NCBI GenBank assembly: GCA_022605425.2
Contig: JAKIMF020000011.1
Coordinates: forward strand, 620,001 to 684,000
Reading direction: 5' to 3'
Source: Hamiltosporidium tvaerminnensis FI-OER-3-3
Taxonomy: Eukaryota > Fungi > Microsporidia
DNA length: 64,000 bases
The notes under the pieces are model-generated. The model made no database searches, was not told the DNA's origin, and saw only the letters and a program-made list of their open reading frames with translations. Of the stretch, positions 13,701 to 27,079 are shown one piece after another. The position numbers and the translations under genes are program-made. Position 1 is the stretch's first letter; every line of letters starts with the position of its first letter.

Positions 13701-14303
13701 AGTGTTATCAATAGTGTTATTAATAGTGTTATCAATAGTGTTATTATTAGTGTTATTAATAGTGTTATTATTAGTGTTGTTACTATTGTCATTACTACAA
13801 TTACTATTATTAGTAGTACTATAATTACTATTATTAACAGTACTACAATTACTATTATTAGTAGTACTATAATTATTATTATTATTAGTACCACAATTAC
13901 AATTAGTAAAAGTACCATTATTAATATTTTCATCATCAATATTATTATCTTTGCTATCTTCTTTACTATCCTTATTATTACACTCTCTTCTCTTCATATT
14001 TCTTAGAGTGTAAGGCTCTATAAGAAATACAGTCTTATGTGTGGATGTAAATGGTTTACTAAGTATTATACAATTATAACTAAAAGTAAATGTTAGATTA
14101 GTAATACATAACGATAGGGTATGTATATATGGATATGAGGGTAGAGAAGGTGATATATGTATATGTGTAGGTGTATTATATACTGTAGTAGGTATAGTAA
14201 TAGGTAGTGTGGTGGTTACTGTTGATATGGAGGTTAGTGTTTGTGTAATCTTATATTTATTTTTTAGTGTAAATGTAAGTGTTGGATGTAGTTTTATATT
14301 CAT
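10749..14303 (-). CDS. Hypothetical 1184-aa protein with Asn/Thr-rich low-complexity inserts, beta-rich N-half, probable coiled coil and Phe-containing C-terminal repeats
   Basis: Long uninterrupted ORF in AT-rich DNA. CCC 5 nt upstream of the ATG. All internal repeats have periods that are multiples of 3. Confidence 0.85.
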   Translation of the reverse strand: MNIKLHPTLTFTLKNKYKITQTLTSISTVTTTLPITIPTTVYNTPTHIHISPSLPSYPYIHTLSLCITNLTFTFSYNCIILSKPFTSTHKTVFLIEPYTLRNMKRRECNNKDSKEDSKDNNIDDENINNGTFTNCNCGTNNNNNYSTTNNSNCSTVNNSNYSTTNNSNCSNDNSNNTNNNTINNTNNNTIDNTINNTIDNTVNNTNNNSNNNTNNNSNNNTINNTNNNTPSSTYPNLFFDIPINYSSHTIYPFIFFYSNTDLIISYYNNNRVLLYSHINNSSKVIIYNKGVCSVSVEGVIRLYLVRGYLYVIRVPVIPMEVFIYFSDLLMFVDNTMYVYRGVIKTSKEEGNIVEGVSKESNSKESNSIGGNSIEGNIKEGNSIESNSKEGNSIEGNIKESNSKESNSKESNSKGGVIPNNPNTLGFTVDNHKDILIFKNIFMSNPSKVNIAQVGKLILLSVPEDSTIYMLDNTYTLVEPIDEINSICVRMNEEYEYCVVNSVLCDNKRIYLYDNDNVVCVWEYRGDNNTSDNTIESKGDNTESEEDNISDNNSVIHNIKAPNYNTSNTTDNVNNTTDNTTDIRVYGKGVILCKELLDLGFTVNNSSLVFNKDIIRCSVIPLINATEEDVCGVTPLDEEGYGLKGVRNMDILEGLNDSDSEQKGVSKNTNEQQGLNNSTNEQQAVSKTTHNYNPLNNSTNEQQGLNNSSNDYNPLNNSTNEQQGLNNSTNDYNPLNNSSNKQHPFNNTTNNTANNTTNNTINNTTNIKDEVDEEIRRIKESIMNIKIDKKNIRTYSYFVEEQMGRVDTVLQRMYKKMVKCEKIQENGGYFNKLVGILRHKIISYTFLSIKSVRNSVEYFENKIFGRSCCVYEEGIIYGRENRGVVYEEGVSFKTDGVSDNVVVDIEERLKGVSIGEDIGSIGGVNTKGEYRGVNTANDNKGVNTKGEYRGVNTGNDNKGVNTNGNDYKGVNNNTILEDKLKGFNITDTEDNYKGVSSVLPTSSLKGVNTNTSLPTITPFNQLQSTNTQEGVNTNTATPTVTPFNQLQSTNTQEGVNTNTATPTVTPFNQLQSTNTQEGVNTNTATPTVTPFNQLQSNNLQKGVNTNTATPTVTPFNPIFNNQPNNISNTTQIFSNLNTDTTNIFKKEINSTPLKNETENTVFKPQNAFSKFMSGKSNLFKKYEDK
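10958..11292. repeat. 72-nt coding minisatellite, about 4.5 copies (TPTVTPFNQLQSTNTQEGVNTNTA)
   Basis: GTTACCGTAGGCGTTGCAG recurs at 10969, 11041, 11113 and 11185. Confidence 0.95.
12070..12350. repeat. 30-nt coding repeats (NNSTNEQQGL / NNSSNDYNPL)
   Basis: CTGTTATTAAGA recurs mostly at 30-nt spacing. Confidence 0.9.
13068..13260. repeat. 15-nt coding repeats (ESNSK / EGNSI)
   Basis: TACTATTAC(T/C)CTCT units. Confidence 0.9.
13620..13890. repeat. 12-nt and 21-nt Asn/Thr/Ser coding repeats
   Basis: AGTGTTATTA units, translating to NNTNNNTI and NNSNYSTT. Confidence 0.85.
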
Positions 14304-14322
14304 ATGAAGGGTTGTGATGATA

Positions 14323-14515
14323 TAGAAAGAGAAAAGATTTAAGTAGTGGAGATATAGGTAGATTAGAGGGTGTAAGTATAAGGGGTAAGTATAAGGGGTA
14401 AGGATGGTAGAAAGAGAAAAGATTTAAGTAGTGGAGATATAGGTATATTAGAGGGTGTAAGTATAAGGGGTAGGGATAAGGGGTAAGGATGGTAGAAAGA
14501 GAAAAGATTTAAGTA
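14323..14515. repeat. 85-bp tandem repeat (about 2.3 copies) directly upstream of the 1184-aa gene
   Basis: TAGAAAGAGAAAAGATTTAAGTA at 14323, 14408 and 14493, with internal TAAGGGG runs. Confidence 0.9.
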
Positions 14516-17500
14516 TTGAGAATGTGTGAATACTTTATTTAAGAAATAGTTTTATAATTATTTGTATAATTATTGGTGGGGATATTGGTAAAAGAAAAGG
14601 GTTTAAAGGAAAAAAATAAAGGCTGTAAACAGCTCAGAAAATAGTTTAAAAGAGATATCTATGTGGTTATATATAATAACTATATGAGAGGTTAGGCTCA
14701 TTCAACTATTCTAAAGACCATTTACTTCTCCCCAAGTAATAGTTTTCGGACTAATAAGTCTGCTTGGCTGAAATCATACACACGTTCTTCATACCGCAGT
14801 TGCTCTGATTATAGACTAAATAAAAGTATGGAAATCTTAAAAATCTTCCTTTTTAGAAAGAATCTGACTAAGAATACTGCCTTTATACTTGATTCGGACA
14901 TGGCCATAATCTGGAATGGTCTCGTGTTGCTCTTCTAGCAGGGTAGAAGAGATTCTGGTGAATGTCCATAATAATCTCCTAACTTCGGAAATACCACAAT
15001 GAGAAATTTGGTTTTACCGCTACTATCTATGTGTTCAAATGATTAAGAAAAAGGGAGTGGAAAACAATTTAGCAGGAGGGGAATATAAGTTAAGGTTAAG
15101 TTGCTACTTGTCTCATCGAGCTTGTATATTTGACTAAGACATCTAAGTTTTTTATGGTGAGAAGGAATTGCTTGTATAAAATATGAATTCTGATAATATA
15201 GGGTTATGACACTATGTTTTCCTTTAAAAGGCTCTTGGTTGAAACAGTTGATTGTAAGTTCTGATCTTAATATTCGATTAGGCGATGATACTACATATTT
15301 TGCGCCGATATTAATAATTATATGACTCGCATTATATAAACTGCACAGATATGCTATAGTTAGCCAATACATAAATAAAAATTAGATACGGTAGGAAAAA
15401 AAACATAAAAAGTAAAGTTTATAATCCGGTACATTCCGAAATCTTATAAAAAATGCTCATATGCCGGAAAAACACCTTTTTACCGAAATTATAACCCGAT
15501 TAAAACCATACAAGAGTTATTAGACGCTTCGTTGAAAAAATGATCTTCCTGCGGCTCATTTACTTAGAAAATATCTTTGAATTTTTAAACAAAAACCTTA
15601 AGATGTATGAAAGTAGGAACCATTACCGAAAGCGATTCATAAGTAAAAGCTGTTTATAGTCAGTTATTTCATGGGTTATGTGAGTGAAATGAGTTTAACA
15701 CATGACTATTCTTGATTTAATTTTGATTTTTTGTTGAAACGTCGAACATTAGTAATGAATCTTTTACGTATAAATATCATTCGACTTATCTATTTCTGTG
15801 TAGTCTTTACCATGTTTTCCCGGACTCAGTGAATCTTAATGGCGCAAGACGGCTTTCTAACGGTAAATCGCGTTGTGTAAAGGTAGTGATAACTTGTTTT
15901 TTAAAAAATTATGATTATTCATAGAAATATTTACATTATCTTTAAATTCAAGTGCACTTGAAACATACACCTGGTTGCTTAGTTTTACATCAACCTACGT
16001 ATTTGATTCTAAAGGATATTCAGCAGAGAAACTCTGACTACATCTCAACACTTGCATGCTAGAGCTAAAAATCTGGGGACAAAATGTGTAACAAAATTTG
16101 TTATACTTTGAGTGCAATACGAATATTACTTTCTGGAAATAGGTTAAGAGTGGTAAGAGGTGCTGAAGAAAGGCGAAAAGGGATGATCAGAAGGCAATGT
16201 GTTTGGAGGTCAAAAAGACATAACCTTGCCAATAATTCGATATGAATGAATGCACCAAAAAATTTAATTTACTGTATTGCATGCAAAAATGCATTAAGGT
16301 ACTGTATAAATGTGTATCTTGGTATTTCATAGGTCTGAAAATTCAGAAACAAAAATATTGAGAAATAATTTGCTGGAAGTAGTATATAAAAATTGTTGTT
16401 TGTGTCCTGCTCAGACTCTATATGCCGTAATCATAATAAAAATACAAAAAAAGCAGAAAAGCATTTTACTAATCATCTCTTGTTAATTGATAATCTCATC
16501 TAGTTTGCTAAAAATAAAACAAAAATTGAAAAAAAAATGACAGAAAAAGTGAAAGAATCTTAAAAAACATATGATTGGGACAGTACAATGGAATTTCAGC
16601 CATAAATGATCTATTTTGGAAGATATTGTTACATATTTTGCGTAATGAGTCTTTAGAATAATTCTAGATCAACAGAGAATATCAGAGGACTTCAAAGCAA
16701 ACCGATAACACGAGTTGAAAGATTCTTTCATAGTAATTAAACACAAAAAAACATTTCGTATAGCAATCAACATACAATATTGCGATCATTAAACTTATAA
16801 GAGCATTTCGACTTAGACCGGTTGATTTCTCAAAATTATATGTAAAAGGCGTGCTTTGTCGGTAAAAAATATAGTAAATTTAATATCAGGTTCTAAAGAT
16901 CAGCTATAGATTTCCAGAAAAAATATTTAAAGTGGCCTCAATGGTGTATATTCTCAACCAATCTATGTTTTGTTCATGTATATTCTCAGAAAATGTTAGA
17001 TACAGCAATTCTAGAAGCCACAAACATATGGTAAATAATACTAGTAAAATCTAACCTGTATGTATAAAGAATTCTTAAATTTAAAATATTGTTCGAAAAA
17101 ATATTTTAACAACAAAAATAAGAAACAAAACTATCTTATTCACATAATGAACCAAAAAGGCGAAAGGACCATTAAAAATAAAAAAAGCTTGAAAAACAAG
17201 CTTTTTTGTTTTTGGGACTATTTGATTATTTGAAGAAAAAAATATTCAGGCCAAGTAAATAAAAGGTATTCTCCTATATATAGGATTGAAATGTAATTTT
17301 GAGAACAGAATAAAATTTAAAAAGGAAAAGTTGCTTGATAAATCAGTAGACCTATAAAAAATTCGATGTTATAAAAGCTTAGATTTGAATACCCGAGAGA
17401 GCGTACTGATAATTTTAGATACTAACACCTGCTTCTTTCGTATAGATATAAATTATAGTCTGCAAATAAAATTAGGAGGCTCTGATTCATGTAATTCTTA

Positions 17501-19702
17501 AAAATCAACGTGTAAAATACTAACAGACACACGAATTAAAACCTATGTTTAAATTCTAAATAATAACTCCGAAAAATCTATTTTAGATAAGTGAAAGAAT
17601 ATGTCCTATAATTGAAAAAAATCGACTTTTTAGGCAAACTGCAACTGGCGAAATTGAAAAACTTGGAAAATATGAACCATTAAAAATTCTTTAAGTCTTA
17701 TTTGTAAAGTTAATGTTAGAAAATCTCTATGATATACCCCGAAATGGCTTTATTACATAAAATCAAAAATGTCTGTTAAAAGGCTTCAAATGCCTTAAAA
17801 TCCAGAGTTGACAAATAAATGATAATTCTAAGAAGACAGCTAAGCATTTTATTGTGCTCGACGAATAGGACTTGGATCGAGAACAGATGCCAAGGAGAGT
17901 TATAACAGTGCACCGATTTATTTTACTATAGCTACTGAATTGCACGAAGAACCAATACCCGTTTCGAAACAAAGAAATAACGAAAAACATGATGATAAAT
18001 ATCGCAAAATAATAACAATTAAGCATATATTTTAGATGGTGTAGCTACATTAGATGAACCCAAAATTTATATGAACAAAGTATCGAATTTAAAAGAAGAA
18101 ATTGAAAAAGTGGATGAAAATGTATTAAGTTTTAAAAATGAATGTAACCAAGGCTTTAAAAAAATAGCCTAATATTCTAAGAAATGTTTTCGAATAAACA
18201 TATTTGAAAATCAATTAAAAAATTTAATTTAAAAAATGCGTTTTTATATACATTTCGATTTTTTAAAATTCTATAGTTTATTTTACAGCCTTGTATTTCA
18301 GTTATGAGCTGATAACTTTTTCTACCAATTTACTAAGATTGAAAAATACTAAGAAACAAACATAACAATCCAAAAAGAACCAGTGTTTTTAAATCGAAAA
18401 TTTAGAGATATATAAAATCGCACTAGTTGCTGATTTAAATAATTTGATGTTTCTTTTGTGAAAATATTTTGTCGAACCATTTTATTTATGAACCTGCGTA
18501 CCTAGTTTAAATTAAAATTTTTCTTTTGGCAAAAAATCTATTTTTCTACCTAATATATTTAAAAAATAGTGTTCGTTATGAAACTGATTGCGTAATATTA
18601 ATCAAGAAAATATTTTTGACTTAAATTACTGAAAGATTCTTGAGGTTAAAGTCATTTTCGAAGTTGTTGGGTTCAATATATATTTATAGCTTATAGGTGA
18701 TTTTTAAATTCGGTATTTCAATCGATTTTATGATAAAATCAAAAGGTTGAAATCTTGACACTTAAGATTTAATATAAGACGCTAGTAAGATCATTACGTT
18801 TTTTTTCAGAACATATCCTATTTTTATTTGATTCGTAATCATATCGAAACCATCTATCGCACGTACACTATACAGAGGCTTTTTACTTTGATTTTTATAT
18901 AGAAATGACTTTATTCGTTTTTATCCTCAAAGATAAATATGCTTTTTATCGTATACAATCTCGAATAGAGGCATTCACACTGTATTTTTTCATCTTTTTC
19001 TTTGCTGTGATTTTTTATTTTAATTATATCGTTTCAATAAATGTTCAGATTAAAGAAATCATCGGAAAAATTCTATGACATAAAATGTAATTCAATATCG
19101 ATCTTACCGTAATTATGGAACAATTTTATTTTTCTTATCTTGTATTTTTGATTGAAAATCGTTTATAAAATGAAACATTCAAGGTATTGTTTTATTATTT
19201 TGAGAAGTCTCTATATGGTATTTTATTTAATCATAGTAGTGTAACGGGAATTGCCGAGGCTTTTATTGCTTTTATTTCTCATTCACCCATAAATTTTGGC
19301 ATTATCAGCTGGCTTTTGTCATAATCAGTCTTTTAAGCGTAATGGGTATCATAAACAAATGTATGTCTAAATTTTCGCGTAAAATAAAGTAAGATACAAC
19401 ATGATCACAAAAAATATTGTATTTGAGCTTTTTTTTTCATATTAAAATGTCAAGAAAAAACGATTCTTTTGAGTTTTGAATAACATAAATAATGAATTAA
19501 TTTTTCTGTTTAGAATCTATATATATAGAACACAGGTAATATCGTGCGTATATTTTTTATCTAAACATGGAAATATGTTAATAATATTTGTCTTATGCGT
19601 TTATTAAAAAATAAAAAAGCAAGTGAACTTAAATATGACAATAGATAGATGAATCATACAAAATCGCAAAAGGTTTTATTTAAAAGTAACTTTAATTAAA
19701 AT

Positions 19703-21357
19703 TTATCTTAAAACAATATATTCAGACAGCATTTTCAAATGATAATGATTATGTATATCTCTATTAAATCCAAATTTAATAATAAAATGAAAAGTGCTGA
19801 TACATCTGAATAGCAAATCCATATGTTCGTTTTCTTGAGTTGAACCATTTTTTTCAATAATGTCTGCTTCGTTTGTTAAGGCGCCAATAATATCTCTAAA
19901 AATCATCTCATTGAGGTCTCTACACATTATAAATTCCTTTTTATTTAACATTCTCAAATAATATCTAATAAATTTCATAGCCATTTGAGGTGCGATTTTA
20001 AATTTTCCAATTTCGAAAAAATTTAATCTTTTAAGAGAAACAAAGCCAGTATGGCAGCTTACGTTTAAAACATAATCACTAAAAACACAGTGGACAATAT
20101 TGAGTAATTCTTCGTCTAACAAAAATATAGAATCAATTAAGGCTCGCAAAAAATAAAAATGATACTCATTAGCCCAGTATTGTCTATTTTTATGAAAACA
20201 GACACATCCAATTTCAATAATTCTTAAATTTGTAAAGAATTCTTTAGATAAACAGAAATTTTTAGCCAATAAAATTTTGAGTATTGCAAAAAATATCTTT
20301 TTGTGCTCTATTAATATATTTTTGACCCTTCTATCACAATTAAATATATCTATTTTATGATTTGGATTTAAAACAAATATTATTTCTCTACTAAATACAA
20401 GAATACTTTCTAGCATCTTCATTCCAACAAAAATATTAAATATGTTTCTTTCTTCTAAAGACTTATTCGAAAGTAATTTATAGATAAAATCTTTTAACAT
20501 ATTGATTCCAGGAATCAATGATAACAACGGATAGTTATAATCTGCTATATTTATTTCCGAATATTTTCGATCAAAAAGCTCCCAATTTTTCTGCAATTCT
20601 TCTTTCGTAATATTTGTATCTTTTTTATTTTGATTTCATTAAAGGAAATATTTTCAAATGTTCTACAATGTAAATACAATGTATCTTTATTTGTGATACT
20701 ATTAAACAAATAATTATATTGTAAAAGCGGCAACAGATCTTTAAGATGAGTGAAAACTTTGTAAAAATATATTCTGTTTAGAATTGAAAAAGCCTATTTG
20801 TTTCATTATATAGCTTATGTTGCTGAAAAGATTGACAGTTAACGTTTTGGTTGTAGGGTTGATTGATAGATCGAGGATTCATATTTAGACTTGAACCGTT
20901 GCCTCGACTTTTTTTGCCATTCTAATGGGTTAAATGAATGCGCATTTTTAAATCGAGGCATATTTTCATTAAAGATATTTTTCGGGTTATCAAGCGAATT
21001 TACAAATATAAAACTAATTCCTTTCTTTGTTTTGCTAGAATTATTGGTATGTTTTACGGTAGAACTCTTATTATTTTTACTATCTGAATCTCTTCGTAAA
21101 TTAAATATGTTTCCTAATCTAACAGTTTTTTTATTATTTTCATCGAGAGAAGGATTTTCTTTCTCAGAATTTTCTCTTATTTTTGAATCAGTTGAATCCT
21201 TTTCTTTGTCCTCTGTAATGTTTTTCATCAATACTTGATCAGGTTTTTCTTTTATATTAGCCTTTTTCAGAACCTCTAAGCTATCAGATACTGTAGTAAG
21301 TATAACATTAAATACGTTTAAAAATATTATATATCTTGACAAATTTAGAATTATCAT
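19703..21357 (-). pseudogene. Frameshifted member of the predicted secreted family (paralog of 28645-30330 and 38663-40294)
   Basis: Three ORF pieces (20839-21357, 20551-20733, 19703-20596) join into a colinear homolog sharing VRLG, NPLE, DLLPLLQY, FVGMKM, FLRALIDSIFLLDE and IIKFGFNR. CCC-ATG start and hydrophobic N-terminus. Confidence 0.85.
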
Positions 21358-22099
21358 GGGTGTTCGAATTTGGTTTATTTTATATTCAGAAATATTTTAT
21401 TTTTAGACCAATTAATTTATTAAGAAAGCCAGAACATTTTTTTTTCAAAAAAATTCTATAAAACTTTTACAGAATAAAATATATAAGGATATATTTTTTA
21501 AATGGTAATAACCTAGAATTCAAATGTATAAATTGCATGTTTAATTCTAGAAGATACAACGTACAGTTACTTTTTTAAAAATACCTAACGGAAACTTGAG
21601 AATCTTTAATATATTGGTTTTCTTATTCTAGACACCTAATTATTGTCATAACCATATGTGGATTTTATCCAAATAGGAAACCATTCACCTATATTCGAAT
21701 TTGTACTAAAATATAAATAAAACAAAAAAAATTTGAAGCAAAAAATAGAAGAAAAATATCAATGAGAACGAGAAAAAAAAAACAATAAAAAAGTGAAAAG
21801 GAATTAAAATAAGCGGAAAAAAAATGTAATATAGAAGGAAAAATAAAAAAGAAGAAGAAAATAAATATAATTTACAAACAATATTTATTTTTTTGGTCTA
21901 TTTCGTCTGTTTTTAGATCTAGAATTTGATCTATTTGTATATTTTCTATTACAGACACCAAAACCGTCAGAATTAACTCTCTCTAGAACAATCCGGCCTC
22001 TGATTTATAAAATCTATACATTTTGTTTCTTCGTTTCAATTGATTTGTATAAAAAAATCTTTAAATAAGAACCACTTCCCCTGAATTTGATCTAATATG

Positions 22100-23000
22100 G
22101 TTTTAATTAACATTAGCATCTTCGACCGTTCTTGAAGTATAAAATCTCTATAGTTTATATCTACTCTTTCGAAGCCAAAAAGTATGGCTTGTGATTCAAA
22201 GTTACTATAAATTTATATGAGGATTGTTTCATCAATAAATTCTAAATTATATTCAATGGGAGTTTTTTCTTCTATAAATTCGGTTACTTCTTCCATTATG
22301 TTGTAGGGACTGCGTAAGGCAACATATTTATAACCATTTGACATCTAAATACCTGCATTCTGAAATATTTTTTGGCCTACTTCATGATGTTTGTATTCAA
22401 AAACAATTTTATCCAGAATTTCACCCCATTATGTCGACACCGGATAATACTTTGGCAGTTTTCCTTTCCAGTGTTTGATTAACACTTTCGGCTTGGTCTT
22501 GGTTTAAAGATGTTTTGGCCTTCGTTTTACAAACGTAAAGAATATAAACTTAAAAACTCTGTAATACCAGAATTGTTATATTCTCTGTCGTTATCTCTTT
22601 GTACGATAATCGGCATGCCTTTATATTTAAATATTTTCTTTGAGACAGACATGATGTTTCTTACTGTTTTACTTTTATAGGCAAATGAAAAAAAATTGGA
22701 ATAGCAATATAAAATGTTTAAAATCCGCTCATATCTTTTATATTAATTGGCATAATTTCTTAGATTAACCCAATCTATTTGTACGATATCTCATAGATGT
22801 CGTGATATGATGCGTAATTTGTGAGATGCGAGATAGTGGTATATATATCTTGCAGGTTAAACATTTCAGGATATTTTCGTTAATGATTGCCATTTTAAAC
22901 CCGATGAATCAAATTTTTGCGTTTTCATACATTGCCATCATTCCTTTGTGATAAGATAGATGAAGTGCATCAGATAAAGCATGTTGATTTTTAAAATCGT
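22100..23000 (-). pseudogene. Decayed rve-integrase (Ginger/KRBA2-like) transposase relic
   Basis: Minus-strand remnants QIDWVNLRNYAN..ILNILYCYS (about 22700-22782), GMPIIVQRDNDREYNN (22572-22619) and RRPKH..NQDQAESVNQTLERK resemble the DLxD / QSDNGREF / GRPRHPQNQGQVERxNQT core. Boundaries approximate. Confidence 0.65.
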
Positions 23001-26000
23001 CTTCCGTTACTGCCTCTTTATAAACGTTTTCGCATTCTTTATAAATTAATTTTTCGTTTATTACTCGTAGTTATTTTTTATTTTATCAAAATTCTTTTTT
23101 TTTGCTGAAACAGATTCTAAGAAGACGCATTTTTTTTATTCGTAAGGCATTGTTGCAAAAGTTTTATTTCTAAGATAGTTAAAATGACTTTTATGGAATT
23201 TTATTCTTGCTCAAATTTCCCTAAAAAACGCAAATAAATAAAAAAAAATATTAGACACCTATTGGAAGTTAAACAAAAGATTCAAATAATCAAAATTTCT
23301 AAATATAAAAAATAATTTTATAGTTCTTTATATGAGTAAACTTCACATATAAGTTTAACAATTATTATCTTTATTGGCTAAATTATGTAAAGTTCAATTT
23401 CAACATAATCTTTAACTTTCTTTTGAGTTTTCCGTATAATTTCGTATACAATTTTTTTTATTTGATTTATCAAATCCATTTATCGTCGTTAAAGTTTAAT
23501 TCATTAAGACAATGTTTGTTTGCCTAAAATATCATATCGCAAAGATGTATTTTCTCAACGGGAATATAAACCATTTATATTAATCCTCTTTTTATAAATT
23601 TTTAAGAGATCAATAGTCTTGCTCAACCAGAATTATGTAGAATTTTTTCATCTTGGTCTGCGAAGAAAAATTTTAAACCTTGTTTTGTGAATTATTAATT
23701 AGATTTTATTCCTATAATTACAAATATTAAACGGCTCTAGGTATAACCAATGTTAAGTTCTAACTATGTAAATATCTGGTATCACAAAATTATGTTCCCC
23801 ACCGAGTCTCAACCGTTGCTTTTACCATTAATATACAAACGTACTTCTTAAATTTTCGAAAATTTGATTCACAAAGTAATTGGTTTCATCAAGTGTTATT
23901 CTGTTTTAATTTCAGAGCCATCAAATTATTGGTTGATATTGATGAGTCTGGAAAGCCCTAATCTAACACTTAATAATCAGTTTGGTGTATGATAAAAGTG
24001 AAATATTCCAGAAAGACATTCAAGCCGTTATAAATACATTAATATGTATTTACTATTTAGATAGCAAACTGAATAAAATTTTCATTGTTTAACTAGCAGA
24101 ATCATGTTTTGGATTTTTATAGCATGAATTTCTAGATTCTCTATTATGACGAGGCTGAACCCAATCTATATTTCTTCGCATCTCAAAATATATTTATGAC
24201 TAGGCCTAATAATTTGCAATTCTTTGTAGAGAGAAATTGTTTCAAGATATCTTAATGAGTAATAGCCATTTTACTTAACTAGGGATTTTTAATTATATAT
24301 TGCTTGAAGTATTTTTTTGTTTGTCTCTTCTATGGTTGCAATCCAAGACTTTTCTGCCTTCCTTAAATTTTATTGACTAGATACCTTTAACAAACTTTAT
24401 TAAATTGTATTAATTTTTCTTTTGATTTACTGCTTTTCCGTATTTTTTTTATATTTCTGTTTGGTAATACGGGTTAAAAATATCTATAAATTTGCAAAAA
24501 GAAAATTTCTAAGTTTATTTTGGTTATTATTCTTGATTAGGGATGGCTTTCGTTGTTATATTCAAACATTTATATATTTTTAGGTGCTCATGCGTATTTT
24601 TAACCAAAATATTTGTCAAATCTACTCCATTTGTTACTATGACAGAGACTTAGTCGAAATCATGATATATCTATTACATGAGCTGAAAATTTAAATCCGT
24701 TATGGCTTTTCCAAGTTTCTAACATTAAAATATATTCTCTTTTTTCCCTTGAATAATCACGGGGTTGTTTAAGTATCGATTTTTAATTTTCGTAAGCTTT
24801 GTAATTGTTTATTTTTTCTTTAAAATAAACTGTTTTTAATACCAAAATAATTCTAAGGACAATTCTTTATGATATATTCTTTACCCATTTGTCACGCTAT
24901 ATTTTTATTCGAAATGCGATTAATTTCTTTCTTCTCGTTTATTACAAACGAAAAGAATCCAAGAATAGATCCACTTTTTTATGTAAAGAACCTATTTATA
25001 CACACAATCACCAGTTTTTATTCATTTTGAGCCTTCTCCAGGTACCAACGAAACCGCATAACACTAAATATAAAACCTGGACATGAGGAATTACTTTTTT
25101 GTTAAATTTTTGATACAATTTTATTTCTTAATAGAACAACATTTGTATTTCATAAAATTATCATTTGATATTTCATTTTGTACTATTGATTTTAACCTCG
25201 GTTCGTCTTTTTAATAGGTTTTGATTAACCCTAATAATATTATTTTAACCTATTTAGAGATGAATAGTATTCACCCTCGGAATATACTCATGTTCTTACT
25301 TCGGATATGCTTTTTGAAAAGTTAAGTATCAATGTTTGCGGCATTTTTTAAAAATCTAGCTTAATTTCTGATGTAGAAAACTTCATGATTTGCATTTTAT
25401 TGCAATCGCAAAAAGAATAAAAATTTTTGGTTGAACATGATAGGTCTGTAATCAGAACTTTCTGTAATATACTCTTAACAGACAAAAAATTAAAATTACG
25501 GTTTCACTGACAGATTACAATAGTCTTTTATAATATATAACCAAGATAATAAACTCTGAATATTGCATATAATTGCAGGTCTAATATGAGAAAAATTAAG
25601 ACAATTTCAAAGATTAGCTGTTTCGCATTCATAATTCCATTTATAGTATTTATTAGGCCCTTTGGTAAATCATTACAAGAGAATTCGAAATAAAATTGTA
25701 CCAATTTTTAATACGTAGAGTTTTACCGTATTTCTCTTTTGAATACCTCAAAAATTTAGACTTTCTACACAAATTATCATTTACTAAGACTTTAAAATTT
25801 AATATAAACACGATAAATATAATTTCGAAATCCTCTACTAAACTATTTTTATGATACTTCTAACTGCTTTCATAAAATATATGTTTTTCCGTATTAAGTA
25901 TAAGTGTATATGTAATTTAACGGCTTGATTATTCCAGTCATTTTTTACCTCTCGATCGAGATGAAAAACTGGCAATTTTCCAATTACTTTTTTAATCTAT

Positions 26001-27079
26001 TTTTATCGGAATCATAGAGAATTGGCTTATAGATCTAATCCGAATTATATTCCACCAAAATGTCACCAATGATTTTCACATCAATTACACACAATTATGG
26101 TCAACTAAATAGTTTTTAATAGGATTATCCTCTCACAATCCCCATTTGACTAATTCTTTTGATTCTTTTTTGTTTCTTTGAGTGATATTTCTTGTTTTGA
26201 AAGAATTTTTGGACTTTTCACTTCGAAATAAAATGTTTTTTAGGCCAAACATTTAACAGAAGAGTGATGAAAATTATCATGGATCATAGTTACACTTTGA
26301 TATGTTTTAAATTCAAATAGATAAAGACTTTTCTTTTATTAATGTTTTTCATGACCTATTTAAAGCTTCTATAAAATAATATGCTAAAAAAGTGAACATG
26401 AACAATTTTTCACATGAAATATCAATATTTTAGCATTTTTATGTTTAATAGAAATAGATCTTTGAGTATTATATGAGTATTTTGTTCAATTTATGTAAAG
26501 CTAGCTTTATCGAAACACAAAAAATTTACACAAAGTTTAATAAAACATGAAAATTCAATAAAATATAATATGATCTTAAAATCTACTTGTAACACAAAGA
26601 GTACACCTTTTTTTCAAATAATTAATTTGGTTTCTTAAAGAAATTTATTTCTAATCACAATGATATCATTTTTTTCTCTTCTTTATTTAAAGATCGGATT
26701 ATCCTCTTTCTTTAATATGTAATCCAAAGATGGTTTTCTTATTTTACTATAGATCAAGATCATTAAAAAATCACTCGATTTATTTTGTTTTTTGAAATAT
26801 TCATCGGTATATCTAAAATTGCTTCAGATAATTATAATGTAGAAGATATATGCACAAACACACATTTAAGAATAAAAATTTTGTACCTTGCTATTAAAAT
26901 AAAATTGGCTACTCTTTGTAATTATTCAATAAATGCATAACTTAAGATCTGAATTTGATCATATGCACAGAAAAATTACTATTTTAGACATTTTTATACT
27001 TGAAAAGTATTTTTTTAGTTTTCTGCTAACAACTTACAATTCGAATGATATAAGTGCTTTTATATTTTATTCGAAAGAC

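Noticed and set aside
10882-13939. Overlapping Leu/Val/Ile-rich ORFs (10882, 11419, 12005, 12078, 13011, 13024, 13517, 13618)
   Set aside because: Shadow frames produced by the in-frame repeats of the 1184-aa gene.
23550-25100. Possible Ty3/gypsy pol relic on the minus strand (QTDYK-like and RKVLG-like remnants)
   Set aside because: Too fragmentary to support without a translated profile search.
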